Source of the DNA: an uncultured Acidobacteriota bacterium
GTDB taxonomy: Bacteria; Acidobacteriota; UBA6911
Reading direction: 5' to 3'
Length of the DNA: 64,000 nt
NCBI GenBank assembly: GCA_963843575.1
Contig: CAWJKZ010000021.1
Span: forward strand, 224,001 to 288,000
Part shown: positions 19,824 to 29,835 of the stretch, in pieces
How positions within the stretch are numbered: position 1 is the stretch's first letter
Layout: every line of letters begins with the position of its first letter
Made by a program: the position numbers and the translations under genes
Notes under the pieces: model-generated
The model's database searches: none
What the model was told of the DNA's origin: nothing
The model's input: only the letters and a program-made list of their open reading frames with translations

Positions 19824-22800
19824 TCAATCAACCGTGAAAATCCGGGGCCGGCTGCCGGCCCCGGCGTAGGCGAGGCGGATCTCGCGCCTGATTTCGCGCG
19901 TGAATGCGAAGGAGCCTACCGCGTACACGTGAATTCCTCTTTCCCGGGCCTCCGCGAGCGACAGGACCTCCACGCCCTCCACCTGAGATCCCCACAGAGA
20001 CTGCTTCTTGTCCACAAAGCCGCAGGGGCGCAGCCCGGCGCTGCGGGCCGCCCGGGCCAGGGCGCGGCCCGCCTCTCCGGCGCCGTAGACGAGCACCTCC
20101 CGGATCCCGTGCCGCCGGATGCGGCGCACGAGCTTCGACATCTTCTCCTCGTAGAGTTCGCCGCGCATCCGGGGCAGATCGCAGTCCACGACGTGCCGCA
20201 GGTTTGTATTTTCCGTTTCGAGTTCCGCGATCCGGTACTCCTGCCGTCGCAGCGTCTCGGTGCGCTCGTCCCTCTCCCGCGCGAGTTCCGGCCACAGTTC
20301 GAGGTAAAGCAGGGCCAGGTCCTTGGCGGCGGCGGCGTCGGCGGGGTCGAGTTCCACCGCCTTGCGGAAGTGTTCCAGCGCCTCGTGTTTCTTCCCCTCG
20401 GCGTAGCGCAGCAGCCCGAGTTCGTGGTGCGCGGCGGAGTCGGTGACGTCGAGCCAGAGCAGGTCGCGCAATTCGGTTGCCGAGCGCTCGGCCTGCGGAC
20501 CCGCAGGAAGGCGGGGGCCCGGGATGGTTGTGCGGGACAGCGCCTGGAGATCCCGTCCAGGCGGCGAACGGTCTTGCTGTAGCAGTAGTCGCGTGTTTCG
20601 CTGACCGTCTGCCACGAAGGCCGACAGCAGTTCCTGCTCCCGCGCGGACAGCGCGGGGACCGCGGCCGACATCGCTTCGTCGGTAGATCCGGGTCAGCTC
20701 CGGTATCCTCGCTGCGGCGTCGAAGCGCTCCAGTGCGAGGTCCCGCAAGCGCTGGCCGGACTCGCCGCGGTATCTCCGGAGTTCGTCGGCCAGCTGTGAC
20801 GGGGTGTACTCCAGTCGACGCGTCCGGCCCGAGAAGTTGCGTTTCATCAGGTCGTCGAGGTTTTCGGGCGTCACCATGCCGTCGCCGCCGAGGTAGTCGT
20901 AGACCACCGGGACACGGCCGCACAACATGGTTTCGATCACGCCCCTCCCGAGCGAGAACACGATGTCGGCCTCGTTGATGTACGAGGGGAGCAGTGCCGG
21001 GTCGGCCTCTCCGAATCTCCCCCCCACGAAGCGCCCGAAGATCCCCAGGTCCGACAGCGCCTCCCGAATGACGGCTTCCCGCGCGTGATCGAGCCGGGAA
21101 CTCAGCACCAGCGCACGCTCGGGCTTCTGCCGGATCGGACAAGTGGGGCTGAAGCGCTGCGAGTCGACGACGTTACGGAAGACCGAGACTGAGCCGGCCG
21201 GTACGCCCTTGGACAAGGAGGTTTTCCAGGACCTCCTCGCTCACGGCGAGGTATCGGGCGATTTTGAGGTCGACGACCGGCGGCTGCTCCAGGAAGGGGA
21301 GCACCCCATGGGAAACCATGACCATCGGCAGGTGCGGGAAGCGCAGCCGGACTTCCATTGCGTTGATGTTGTGATGTACCTGCGCGACGTCGAACGGCTC
21401 GCCGGCGATCTCGTCGATGTCCTGCACGACCCGCACACCGATGCCGCGCAGCCGTCGGCCGGTCTTGTCGACGTACCGGGAGTACACGATGACATCGTGC
21501 CCCGCCCGTTTCAAGAAGTCGGCGACCGTATAGGTGAAGGCCTCCGAACCCGTGTAGTCGAGCAGATGATGATTCGTCAGCAGTACCCTCAGGCTGGCGG
21601 GTGCCGCGACAATGGCCTTCTGCGCCGCGGCCTCGATCTCGGGGGTTAGCGGAACGCCCCTGAATTCCTTCTCTTCCCACGTGATCAGGGGATTACCGAA
21701 ATCCGACTGCGTGTGGACGGCTTTTCCCTTGCGGGCATTCCATTTCGCGGCATAGCCGGCGAAGTTGCCGCTGTAGTAGCGGCAGGTTTCCTCCCACTGC
21801 GCGACGGAGACCGCTTTGCCGTAGTGCCTGACGTGGCCGGCCTCCAGCAGCTTTCCTTCGGTGCCGAGTTCCACCTCGCGTTGCCCGGGCCGGCTGTAGG
21901 AAAGAGACGGCAGGTTTCGGAACGCCATCAGGATGGGCCGGTACTCGGGGCCGAGCCACTTGCGTTCCGCATAGGTCGCCTCCACGTCCTCCGCGGTGAT
22001 GTAGTAGTCGAACAGCTTCATCCGCACCCCCACGATGTCGTCCGGGCAGAGGAGGAGGCTGCTCCAGTCGAACTCGATTCGCTCGTCCGCGTCCAGGTAG
22101 ACGAACCAGTCGCGCGGTCCGGCTTCGCGCTTCGCCCGGGCGAGAACAGCGGCGCGGTCGGCGTAGTTGGCCCTCCCGCGGTTGCCGTCCCAGAATTCCC
22201 CCCGGACGACGTCGATGACGGCAGGGTGTGCGCGACAGATCTCGGGGGTCGAGTCCGACGATACGTCGTCGTACACGACGATCCCTCCGTTGCAGAAGCG
22301 GGACAGGTGGTCGAGCGTGTCCCGGACGATAGCCGCCTCGTTTCGGACCCGGGTCAACCCGATCACGCGCATGTCGGTTGCGTGGGCCAGGCAGAACGTC
22401 CGGCCTTCTTCCTCCCAGATCTCCGAGTAGGTGAGGCCGGCGGACTTGAGCCAAAGCCGCAGTTCTGCCGCCGGCACGCCCCGCACGTGGGTGTTGTTCC
22501 CCCAGTGGCTCGAAGGGCTCGAGATGTAGAGGGTGCCGGCGGGGGCGAGGGCAACGCGGGCGACCTTCAGGATTTCCACGGGGTCGGCGACGTGCTCGAG
22601 TATCTCGGCGCAGATCACGTGATCGTAGAGATCGGCGGTCGTGAAGTCCTCTATCCAACCGCGGTGCATGCGGACGCGCGCCTGGACCTCCGGCGCTTCG
22701 CAGGCGAGGGCCGTCTCGAAGGTCTGGGCGAGCGAGTCGGACAGCTCCACGCCGTGCACCACGTGACCCTCCCTGGCGTAGTGGATCAGGTTCGGCCCGT

Positions 22801-23002
22801 TGTGCGCTCCGAGTTCCAGGATGCGGGCCGCCGGCCTCGGCCGGAAGTGCTTCATCCACTCTTCGCGCCGGCGGACCACGCGGTTGGCTTCGAGCGTGCC
22901 GACCTCGTCGTACAGGGCCTTGTAACGCTTCCGGTCGGACAGGTGCCGATAGTCCTTCACGTCCGTGATGTATCGGTGCCGGGGTGCCTTGTGGACAGTC
23001 AT
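19824..23002 (-). CDS. Multidomain fusion: class I SAM methyltransferase + GT2 + GT4-like + TPR + Rossmann-like domain, frameshifted near 21210 and 20680
   Basis: ILELGAHNG / EILEHVADP; RVRNEAAI..YDDVSSD..LDADE; NHHLLDYTGSE..GRGVIETMLCG; HHELGLLRYAEG..ALEHFRKAVELDP; VLVYGAGEAG. The last part (19824-20672) could be a separate gene. Confidence 0.7.
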
Positions 23003-24303
23003 GCCGCCGCATTGACCTCGAGAAGTTCGTCGTAGAGTGTCGCGATCCGGCGCGGCCATCTCCTCGGAGGAGAGGATGACGCGGGATGCCCGCGACGAGC
23101 CGCGCATAGAGCTCGGGGGAGGTCGCCAGTTGGAGAAGTCGCTGCAGCAGGTCCGAGTGGTTCGCCGGCCGCGAAGTGCAGGCCGCTGACGCCGTCGACC
23201 ACTTTTTCCGCCATGCCGCCGATGTTCGAGCACACGACCGGCAGGCCGGCCATGAACGCCTCCTGGATGACCAGCGGCGAGTTTTCCCACCAGACCGATG
23301 GGACGACGACGCAGTCGACGCGGCTCGAGCAGGTCCTGCATGCAGCCGACGTCGTAGGCGCCGTGATCGTGCACCACGTCGCGCGTCCGATCGATGAGGC
23401 GGTCCAGGTCCTCCGCCGCCGGCCCCGACATCCAGTGGCGCGCCCCGTAGAGTCCGAAGTGGAGCTCGGGCAGTGTCACGGCCGTGACGCGCCTGCAGGT
23501 ACTCCTCGGCGGCCCGGAGGAAGACGTCGCACCCCTTGTGGGCGACGACTTGCCCGAAGAAGGCGGCGCGAAACGGCTGCCCGGACCGCCTCGGCGGGCG
23601 CTGCCGCCGCTCCCAGACCGGACGACCGTTGTCCATCACCAGGATGCGCTCGGGAGCGATGCCCCACTCCACGTACCGGTCCTTCAGGAACCGGCTCGGG
23701 GCGATGAATCTGTCGACTGCTGAGAAGTTTGATTTGATCAGGCGCTCGCGCAGGAAGAAGTCGCGCGGCCTGCGCCGCGGGAAACAGCGGCAGCACTCGA
23801 GCAGCGACGCGCGGTGACAGGGACGGCAGGTGTCTCTCCTCGAGCATGAGCCCCTGGTTGGCGCAGATGGCCTCGTACTCGTGCAGCGTGAGCACGATCT
23901 TCGCGCCGGGAAGCAGGGACCGAACGTAGGAAATGAGATCCACGCCAAGGTGGATGAAGTGCTGAAAATGCACCACGTCGGGCTTGAGCCCCAGTAGAAG
24001 CTCGCGAAACGGTTCGAACAGGTCCGCTTCGACGGCGCCGGAAGCGATCCTGGAGTGGCAGAAATAGTCGTAATGGCAGCTGTCGCTCACGATCAGGTGG
24101 GTGGAATCGTCCGGCTGCCAGCGGATCAAGGGCGCGTCGGGCCCGCGCACTCGACCCTCGGCGTCGGCGATCCTGGCCAGCAGGTGCGGCTCGTAACCGC
24201 CGGCGGCCTTCATGGCCTGATACAGGTGCGCCGCGGCCAGCTCCCCGCCCCCGGTAGAAAAGGCCGGATGCCCGTGTGCGACGTAGAGCACTCTTCTCTT
24301 CAT
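22999..24303 (-). CDS. GT4 glycosyltransferase (paralog 2), many frameshifts
   Basis: VLYVAHGHPAFSTGGGE, PDVVHFQH, LTLHEY..IC, FIAPSRFL, HKG, PSVWWENSPLVIQEAF, SNIGGMAEKV, split over several frame switches. Confidence 0.8.
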
Positions 24304-25683
24304 AGTTGGTTATCCGGCGGCCGCGGCTCGGGGCGCGAAGTTCGGTCTGCCCTCGGGTGCGCTCGTCCTGCGGCATTGCGGTCGAGACGAGCGCGCAGCA
24401 GCCCGTCGTAGATGACGCTGAAGCGGCGGGCCATCTCGTGATCGGACAGGATCTCCGGGATGCCCTGCACCAGCCGGGCGTAGAGCTCGGGCGATCCCGC
24501 CAGCTCCAGGATCCGGTCGAGCAGGTCGAAGTGATCTCCCACCGCGAAGTGCAGACCGTTGACCCGGTCCTTCACTTTCTCCGCCATCCCCCCTATGTTG
24601 GAGCAGATGACCGGCACTCCGGCCAGGAAGGCCTCCTGTATGACCAGGGGCGAGTTCTCCCACCAAACGGAGGGGACGACGACGCAGTCCACGCGCGAGA
24701 GCAGGTCCTGCATGCTATCCATGTCGTACGGCCCGTGATCGTGCACAACGCAGCGCGCGGCCTCCAGGAGGGTTTCGAGCCGGCCGCTCAGTTCGTCCGA
24801 AAGCTGGCGCGTGCCGTGCAGGCTGAATCGTACTTCCGGCAGGGGCACACCCGCCGGGAGCGGCGGATGACCGCAGCCGCGCGTACTCTGCCGCCGCCTG
24901 CAAGAAGACGTCCCACCCCTTGTGGAATACCATCTGGCCGAAGAATGCCGCCCTGAAGGGCCGGCCCGCGCGGGTCCGCCTTGTCGCGGTCCACCCGGGA
25001 CGGCCGTAATCCATGACCACGATGCGCTCAGAGGGGACGCCCCAATCGACGTAGCGCTTTTTCAGGAACTCGCTCGGGGCATGGAACAGGTCGACCGCCG
25101 CGAAGTTGGATTTGATCAGGCGCTCCCGCAGGAAGAACTCGCGGGATTTCCGTCCGGGAAAACACCGGCAGCAGTCCAGGGTGGAGGCGCGATGGCACAG
25201 CTGTCTGCGGTCGGTTTTCAGCATCGAACCGTCGTGGGCGCAGATGGCGCCGTACTCGTGCAGGGTGAGCAGGATCCGTGTCGCGGGCAGGAGTGTCTTG
25301 ACGTAGGAAATCAGGTCCACGCCGATGTGCACGAAATGCTGAAAATGGACGATGTCGGGCCTCAGGGCGAGGAGAAACTCGCGCACGTCGGCATACATGT
25401 CGGCTTCCGCAAGTGCCGCGTCTATCTTGGTGTGGTAAAAGTAGTCGTAGGCGTTGCTGACCAGCAGGTGCGTCGCTTCGTCCTTTTCCCAACCCAGGAG
25501 GCGGGATCCCGGGTGCTGAACCTGGCAGGACGGATCCGCGAACCGTGCCAGCAGGAACGGCCGGTAATCCCCGCTCCGTTTCATCGCTTCGTAGAGGTAG
25601 TGTGCGGCGAGCTCTCCACCGCCGCGCGAGAAGGCCGGATGGGCGTGGGCGACGTAGAGCACTTTCTTTCGTGGGTCTGTCAT
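24300..25683 (-). CDS. GT4 glycosyltransferase (paralog 1), frameshift near 24855
   Basis: Same motif series as the neighbour. ATG overlaps the upstream stop codon. Confidence 0.85.
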
Positions 25684-26399
25684 TGTCCACCTGCGAGCGT
25701 TGGGGTGTGCCACTCCGCTGGCGCCCGGCGGTCCGCAGCAAGGCCGGGTTCGCCCGGCACCTGGGCGCGGACGCGGTCCGTCCTGATCAGGTCGATGCCG
25801 TACTTCGCGAGGTAAGCCAGGGCGCGCCAAACCGGGTCCGCCCCTTCCTCCAACGCGATCACCACGGCATCGGGTGCCAGGTAACGGATCTGGGCCGGAT
25901 TCAGCATTTCGCGGCCGCACCACTCCCTCCCGATGCCGTCCGGGTCGGTGGTGCACACGCCGACGACACTGATCCGGGCCGATTCCAGCGCGTGGAAGGA
26001 TATTTCGGCCAGGCGCCCGCTGCCGTACAGGACAGCCCGATGCAGCTCGCGGCGCGCCTGGCTCACGATGATTTCCCGCACCCAGTCCCGGGTTTCCGCG
26101 AACGATTCGATCCTCTCGAGCAGCAGCTCGTTCTGGATGGCCTCGGCCGTCTGGCCGCCCTCCGGCGTCACGTGATAGGAAATGGTCTTCGCCGTCTGGC
26201 GGCGGTATTCCAGGAGGCCGCCGTCGCACAGCTCCTTCATGTAGTTGTTGACCATTGCCACGGACAAGCCGCACCGCCGGGCCAGCGCGGTCTGCGTGAT
26301 GCCGTGGTCGGCAGCCACCTCCTCGAGGATGCGGAGCTGATTCAACCGCGGAGCGGGGCTGTAGAGGCTGCCTCGGGCCTTAGTTCGCATCGGTTTCAT
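25680..26399 (-). CDS. Winged-helix (MarR/EPS-associated type) regulator with a C-terminal Rossmann-like domain
   Basis: LRILEEV..ITQTALARRCGLSVAMVNNYMKEL...YHVTPEG, then VLYGSGRLAE. First gene of the GT operon. Confidence 0.85.
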   Translation of the reverse strand: MKPMRTKARGSLYSPAPRLNQLRILEEVAADHGITQTALARRCGLSVAMVNNYMKELCDGGLLEYRRQTAKTISYHVTPEGGQTAEAIQNELLLERIESFAETRDWVREIIVSQARRELHRAVLYGSGRLAEISFHALESARISVVGVCTTDPDGIGREWCGREMLNPAQIRYLAPDAVVIALEEGADPVWRALAYLAKYGIDLIRTDRVRAQVPGEPGLAADRRAPAEWHTPTLAGGQ

Positions 26400-26564
26400 C
26401 CAGTGAATGCACGTCATGGGCTGGCCACGCCAGCCACAACCGGCCTCATCGTCGGAACCGACTGGGAACTTTAAACTTTGCACGCTCGGGCGTCGATTCC
26501 CGGGAGCGAAACGCCTCGGGAATTCACTCACTGGTTGTAAGATGTCCTTTCGCTGGGGGCGGCC

Positions 26565-28436
26565 TTGGACTATCTCAACTCTAACCTGGATTTGCTGTCG
26601 CGACGCCAGCCGGCACTCGCCCGGCTTTTGTCTGCTGCGAGCCTGGGGCCGATCGAACTCCTTCCGACGGCCAGCGGCGTGCCTACCGCCCGTTGTCACG
26701 GTCCGGCTTCGACGGTGCTGCTGCACAGCGGGCGCGACCCGATGAAGGAGGCCCGCAGCTCGCTGGCGGGTCAGCACCTGCCCACCGGCGAATGCTATGC
26801 GCTGCTCGGGTTCGGGCTCGGATATGTGCTCGACGCCCTGCTCGAGATGAACCGCGGCCGGAGTGCGGGCTATTTCGTGGTGGAATCGAACCTCGAGATC
26901 CTCAGGGCGGCTTTCGAAGCCCGGGACATGCGGGGCGTGCTCTCGCTGCCGCAGCTGCACTTTGCCTGGCCTCCCGCCGGCCCCGAACTGTGCGAACAAT
27001 GGAGGCAGTTTTTCGACCCCGTGACGGCGGAAAAATGCACCTTCGTCATGCACCCCCCCTCGATCGCCCGGGCTCCGGCGCTTTTCAAGTCGGCTGCCGA
27101 GATCATCCAGAGCGAGTCGTTTCAGATCCTGACCGACATCAATACGCTGGTCGCCCGGTCGGAGGAGTTCCTCCGGAACTTCGTCGAGAATCTTCCTCGG
27201 GCGCTTGGCTGCCCGGGCGTTTCGGGATTCGCCGGGGCGTTCACCGGTGTGCCGGGGCTCATCGTTTCGGCCGGTCCGTCGCTGGACCGGAACGTCCACG
27301 AGTTGCGTGGCTGGGAAGAGCAGGTCCTGGTCCTGTCGACCGACACGGCTCTGAAGCCCCTGCTTGCCGCGGGCATCGAACCGCACTTCGTGCTCACGGC
27401 GGATCCGGGTCATCGTAACTTTCTCCACGTCCAAGGCGCCGTGACGCGGCGGGCGCTGCTGGTCGCCGAAGCGACGGCCTATCCGGCGGTCTTCGCCGAA
27501 TTTCCAGGCCGGGTCATAACCTGCACCTTTCGGGATTCCTCGTTGCGGGCGCTCTCCGACGTCCTTGCCGAAAAAGGCTCGCTCAAGGCCTGGGGTTCGG
27601 TGGCGACGATGGCCCTGGACTTCGCCCTGCATCTTGGGTGCAACCCGGTGATTTTCGCGGGTCAGGATCTGGCCCACAGCGACGGCCGGACCTACTGCAC
27701 GGGACTGTTCACGGAGGGGGAGTGGTTTGCGGACATAGCCGACCCGCAGGCGTGGGCGAGCCGGTGGGAACGCCTGCGCGAGGGGCACAAGATCGTCGTC
27801 ACGGATGACCTTTTCGGGCGGCCGATCGAAACCACCGACAAGCTGGCCGCATACTGGAACTGGATGGTTAAAGAGATCGGGGCGCACCCCGGGACTCGGT
27901 TCATCAATGCGACCGAAGGGGGCATCCTGCGCCAGGGTGTGGAAATCCTGAGCCTGCGCGAGGCGTTGCACAGGTATTGTGCACTCCCCTTGGCGCTGCT
28001 CGACCGGGTGCGTACTCTGTACGGACGGTGCGCGCAAGACCCGGGCCTGGGGGACCGAGGCCGAGCCGACTTCCTGGTGGAGGAAGCCGCCCGTCTGGAG
28101 CGGGCCGTGCAGGAAGGGCTAGCGCTTGCGCGGAGGACGCCGGCCGGTCCTTCGCCCGCGCTGCTCGCCACCCTGGAGAAGGCCAAACAGTCGGTCTATT
28201 CGGGCGCCCCGCAACTGGCCTCGCTGCTGGACGCTTTCAACCAGATGGGCAATGTCGCATTTCTGCGCGGCCGCAACCGGCTGACCCAGACCCCCAAACC
28301 GAGCGCCGTTGCCATCCAGTCCGTTTACGGCGAGTACTTCGCTTCCGTCGGGGAGGCGCTGAGACGCGTGGCGCCGGGCTTGCAGGAGATCCGGCGCGCC
28401 CTCGGGGCGGCGCCGCGGGTCGTCGAACCGGATTGA
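26565..28436 (+). CDS. Maf / DUF115 (MptE-like) motility-associated-factor glycosyltransferase family
   Basis: LHSGRDPMKEA, GFGLGY, IVSAGPSLDRN, DTALKPLL..GIEPHF, GSVATMALDFALHLGCNPVIFAGQDLA, FINATEGG. Confidence 0.88.
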   Translation: MDYLNSNLDLLSRRQPALARLLSAASLGPIELLPTASGVPTARCHGPASTVLLHSGRDPMKEARSSLAGQHLPTGECYALLGFGLGYVLDALLEMNRGRSAGYFVVESNLEILRAAFEARDMRGVLSLPQLHFAWPPAGPELCEQWRQFFDPVTAEKCTFVMHPPSIARAPALFKSAAEIIQSESFQILTDINTLVARSEEFLRNFVENLPRALGCPGVSGFAGAFTGVPGLIVSAGPSLDRNVHELRGWEEQVLVLSTDTALKPLLAAGIEPHFVLTADPGHRNFLHVQGAVTRRALLVAEATAYPAVFAEFPGRVITCTFRDSSLRALSDVLAEKGSLKAWGSVATMALDFALHLGCNPVIFAGQDLAHSDGRTYCTGLFTEGEWFADIADPQAWASRWERLREGHKIVVTDDLFGRPIETTDKLAAYWNWMVKEIGAHPGTRFINATEGGILRQGVEILSLREALHRYCALPLALLDRVRTLYGRCAQDPGLGDRGRADFLVEEAARLERAVQEGLALARRTPAGPSPALLATLEKAKQSVYSGAPQLASLLDAFNQMGNVAFLRGRNRLTQTPKPSAVAIQSVYGEYFASVGEALRRVAPGLQEIRRALGAAPRVVEPD

Positions 28437-28438
28437 GG

Positions 28439-29608
28439 TCAGCGCAGGTTCAACGAGCGCGGGGTCTCGGTGGAGTCCACGAGACGCGTTGCGCGCACGA
28501 ACGTCTCGGCGCGGTCGCGGTCGAATGTGGGCGAGCGCGGGTCGAGGCTGGCTATGCGCACCCTGCCCGAGCAGTGGATGAAGGCCCCGTCGGACAGGTA
28601 GAGGCCTACGTGCCAGATCCGCTCCGGTTTTCCGTCACCGGCCTTCCGGCCGAAAAACAGCAGGTCGCCGCGCTTCAGGTTCACCAGGCCCGCGGGATCC
28701 ACGCCGCGGCCGAGCCGGGCCTGCTGGTTCGCGTCGCGCAGGAGGTCGAGGCCGTTCATCTGGTAGACGGTCTTCACAAAGCCGGAGCAGTCGAACCCCT
28801 TCGCGGACGTACCGCCCCAAAGATACGGCACCCCCAGGAACATGCGCGCCGTCTTCTCGATCCCTTCGGCGGTGAGACGGCGCGTGGATTTCCACGCCGA
28901 GTACTCTTGCGCCGCGGCGGCCGCGACGAAGCCCGTTCGCCCGTCGGGAAGGGCGGCTTCGAACCACGGGCCCCGGCCGGCCACCCACCTCAGGAGATCG
29001 CCGGCCACCAGATCGGAAACCTGTGCGGCGGTCTGCCCGGGGCGTTCGAGGAGAACGGCGGACGGGGTGGTCACCACGATGCGCCTGGCCGCGTTCCAGC
29101 CGTCGGCGGCTCCGGCGTCCACGACGGCCATGGCGTCGTCGTCGATCCAGCCGAGGTAACGGTCCGCGCACTTTACGTAGAGCCAGCCACCGTCCCGCTT
29201 CAGGAGGCGAACGACCGCGCCCATAAGCACCTGGCTCAGCATCTCGGCCGAGTGCCTCGGGGCTCGCCGGAGATTGCCGACCGAGACCGTCACGATGCCG
29301 AACTTTTCCCCGGCGAGCCCGGGATCGGGGAGGACAGCCACACGGTCCGTGACAGGCATGCCGGCACGCTCGGCGAGGCGCGCAAGCACCTCGGCCTTTG
29401 CCGCCGGGTCATCGACCTCGCCCTCCGCGACGAGCTTTCCCGGTTCGCCGCTGACTTCTATGCGGAACACGGCGAGGCGCGTGTCGGGGGCGTATTTGTC
29501 CTGGATCGGTTGCAGGTCTGCGGTCCAGTCCCGCTCGGCAGGCCGCCTGCATGCCGCGGCCGGCAGGAGGACAAGCAGGACCAGCGCGGCTTGTCTGACC
29601 TTGTTCAC
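28439..29608 (-). CDS. SH3 + NlpC/P60 (C40) peptidase, YkfC-like, probable lipoprotein
   Basis: Lipobox-like AAAC, SQVLMG..V.LLK, PYLWGGTSAKGFDCSG, HVGLY, FIHCS. Confidence 0.9.
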   Translation of the reverse strand: MNKVRQAALVLLVLLPAAACRRPAERDWTADLQPIQDKYAPDTRLAVFRIEVSGEPGKLVAEGEVDDPAAKAEVLARLAERAGMPVTDRVAVLPDPGLAGEKFGIVTVSVGNLRRAPRHSAEMLSQVLMGAVVRLLKRDGGWLYVKCADRYLGWIDDDAMAVVDAGAADGWNAARRIVVTTPSAVLLERPGQTAAQVSDLVAGDLLRWVAGRGPWFEAALPDGRTGFVAAAAAQEYSAWKSTRRLTAEGIEKTARMFLGVPYLWGGTSAKGFDCSGFVKTVYQMNGLDLLRDANQQARLGRGVDPAGLVNLKRGDLLFFGRKAGDGKPERIWHVGLYLSDGAFIHCSGRVRIASLDPRSPTFDRDRAETFVRATRLVDSTETPRSLNLR

Positions 29609-29649
29609 CGTGGTTCCCTTTCGGCCGTAGGATAATGGTTTTCGCCCAC

Positions 29650-29790
29650 GAAGGCCAGGATGGCCAGGCTTCGGGCCTCTTTGAGTTCTTTGGTTCCTCG
29701 AGGTGAACTGTCCGTGTCCTGCGTGGCAGGTTGTTTTTTGTTTTTTTCACCGCCAAGCCTCGAAGAACTCAAAGAGGCTCGAAGGAGCGC
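29650..29790. repeat. Family B repeat cluster in a divergent intergenic region
   Basis: TTCGGGCCTCTTTGAGTTCTT / AAGAACTCAAAGAGGCTCGAA inverted arms, plus TCCGTGTCCTGCGTGGCAGGTTG (reverse complement of the 10155 and 15015 motif). Confidence 0.65.
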
Positions 29791-29835
29791 AGTCCGATAT
29801 AATGTGTTCAATCGACCCAAACGTAGGAGGGTGGC

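Noticed and set aside
26460-26500. GGAACTT as an ECF sigma -35 element
   Set aside because: Spacing to the nearest GTC -10 is too long, so it is unsupported.
26400-28037. N-terminal 546 aa of the 785-aa ORF 25680-28037
   Set aside because: Antisense to the Maf gene. Only the wHTH part from about 26399 looks real.
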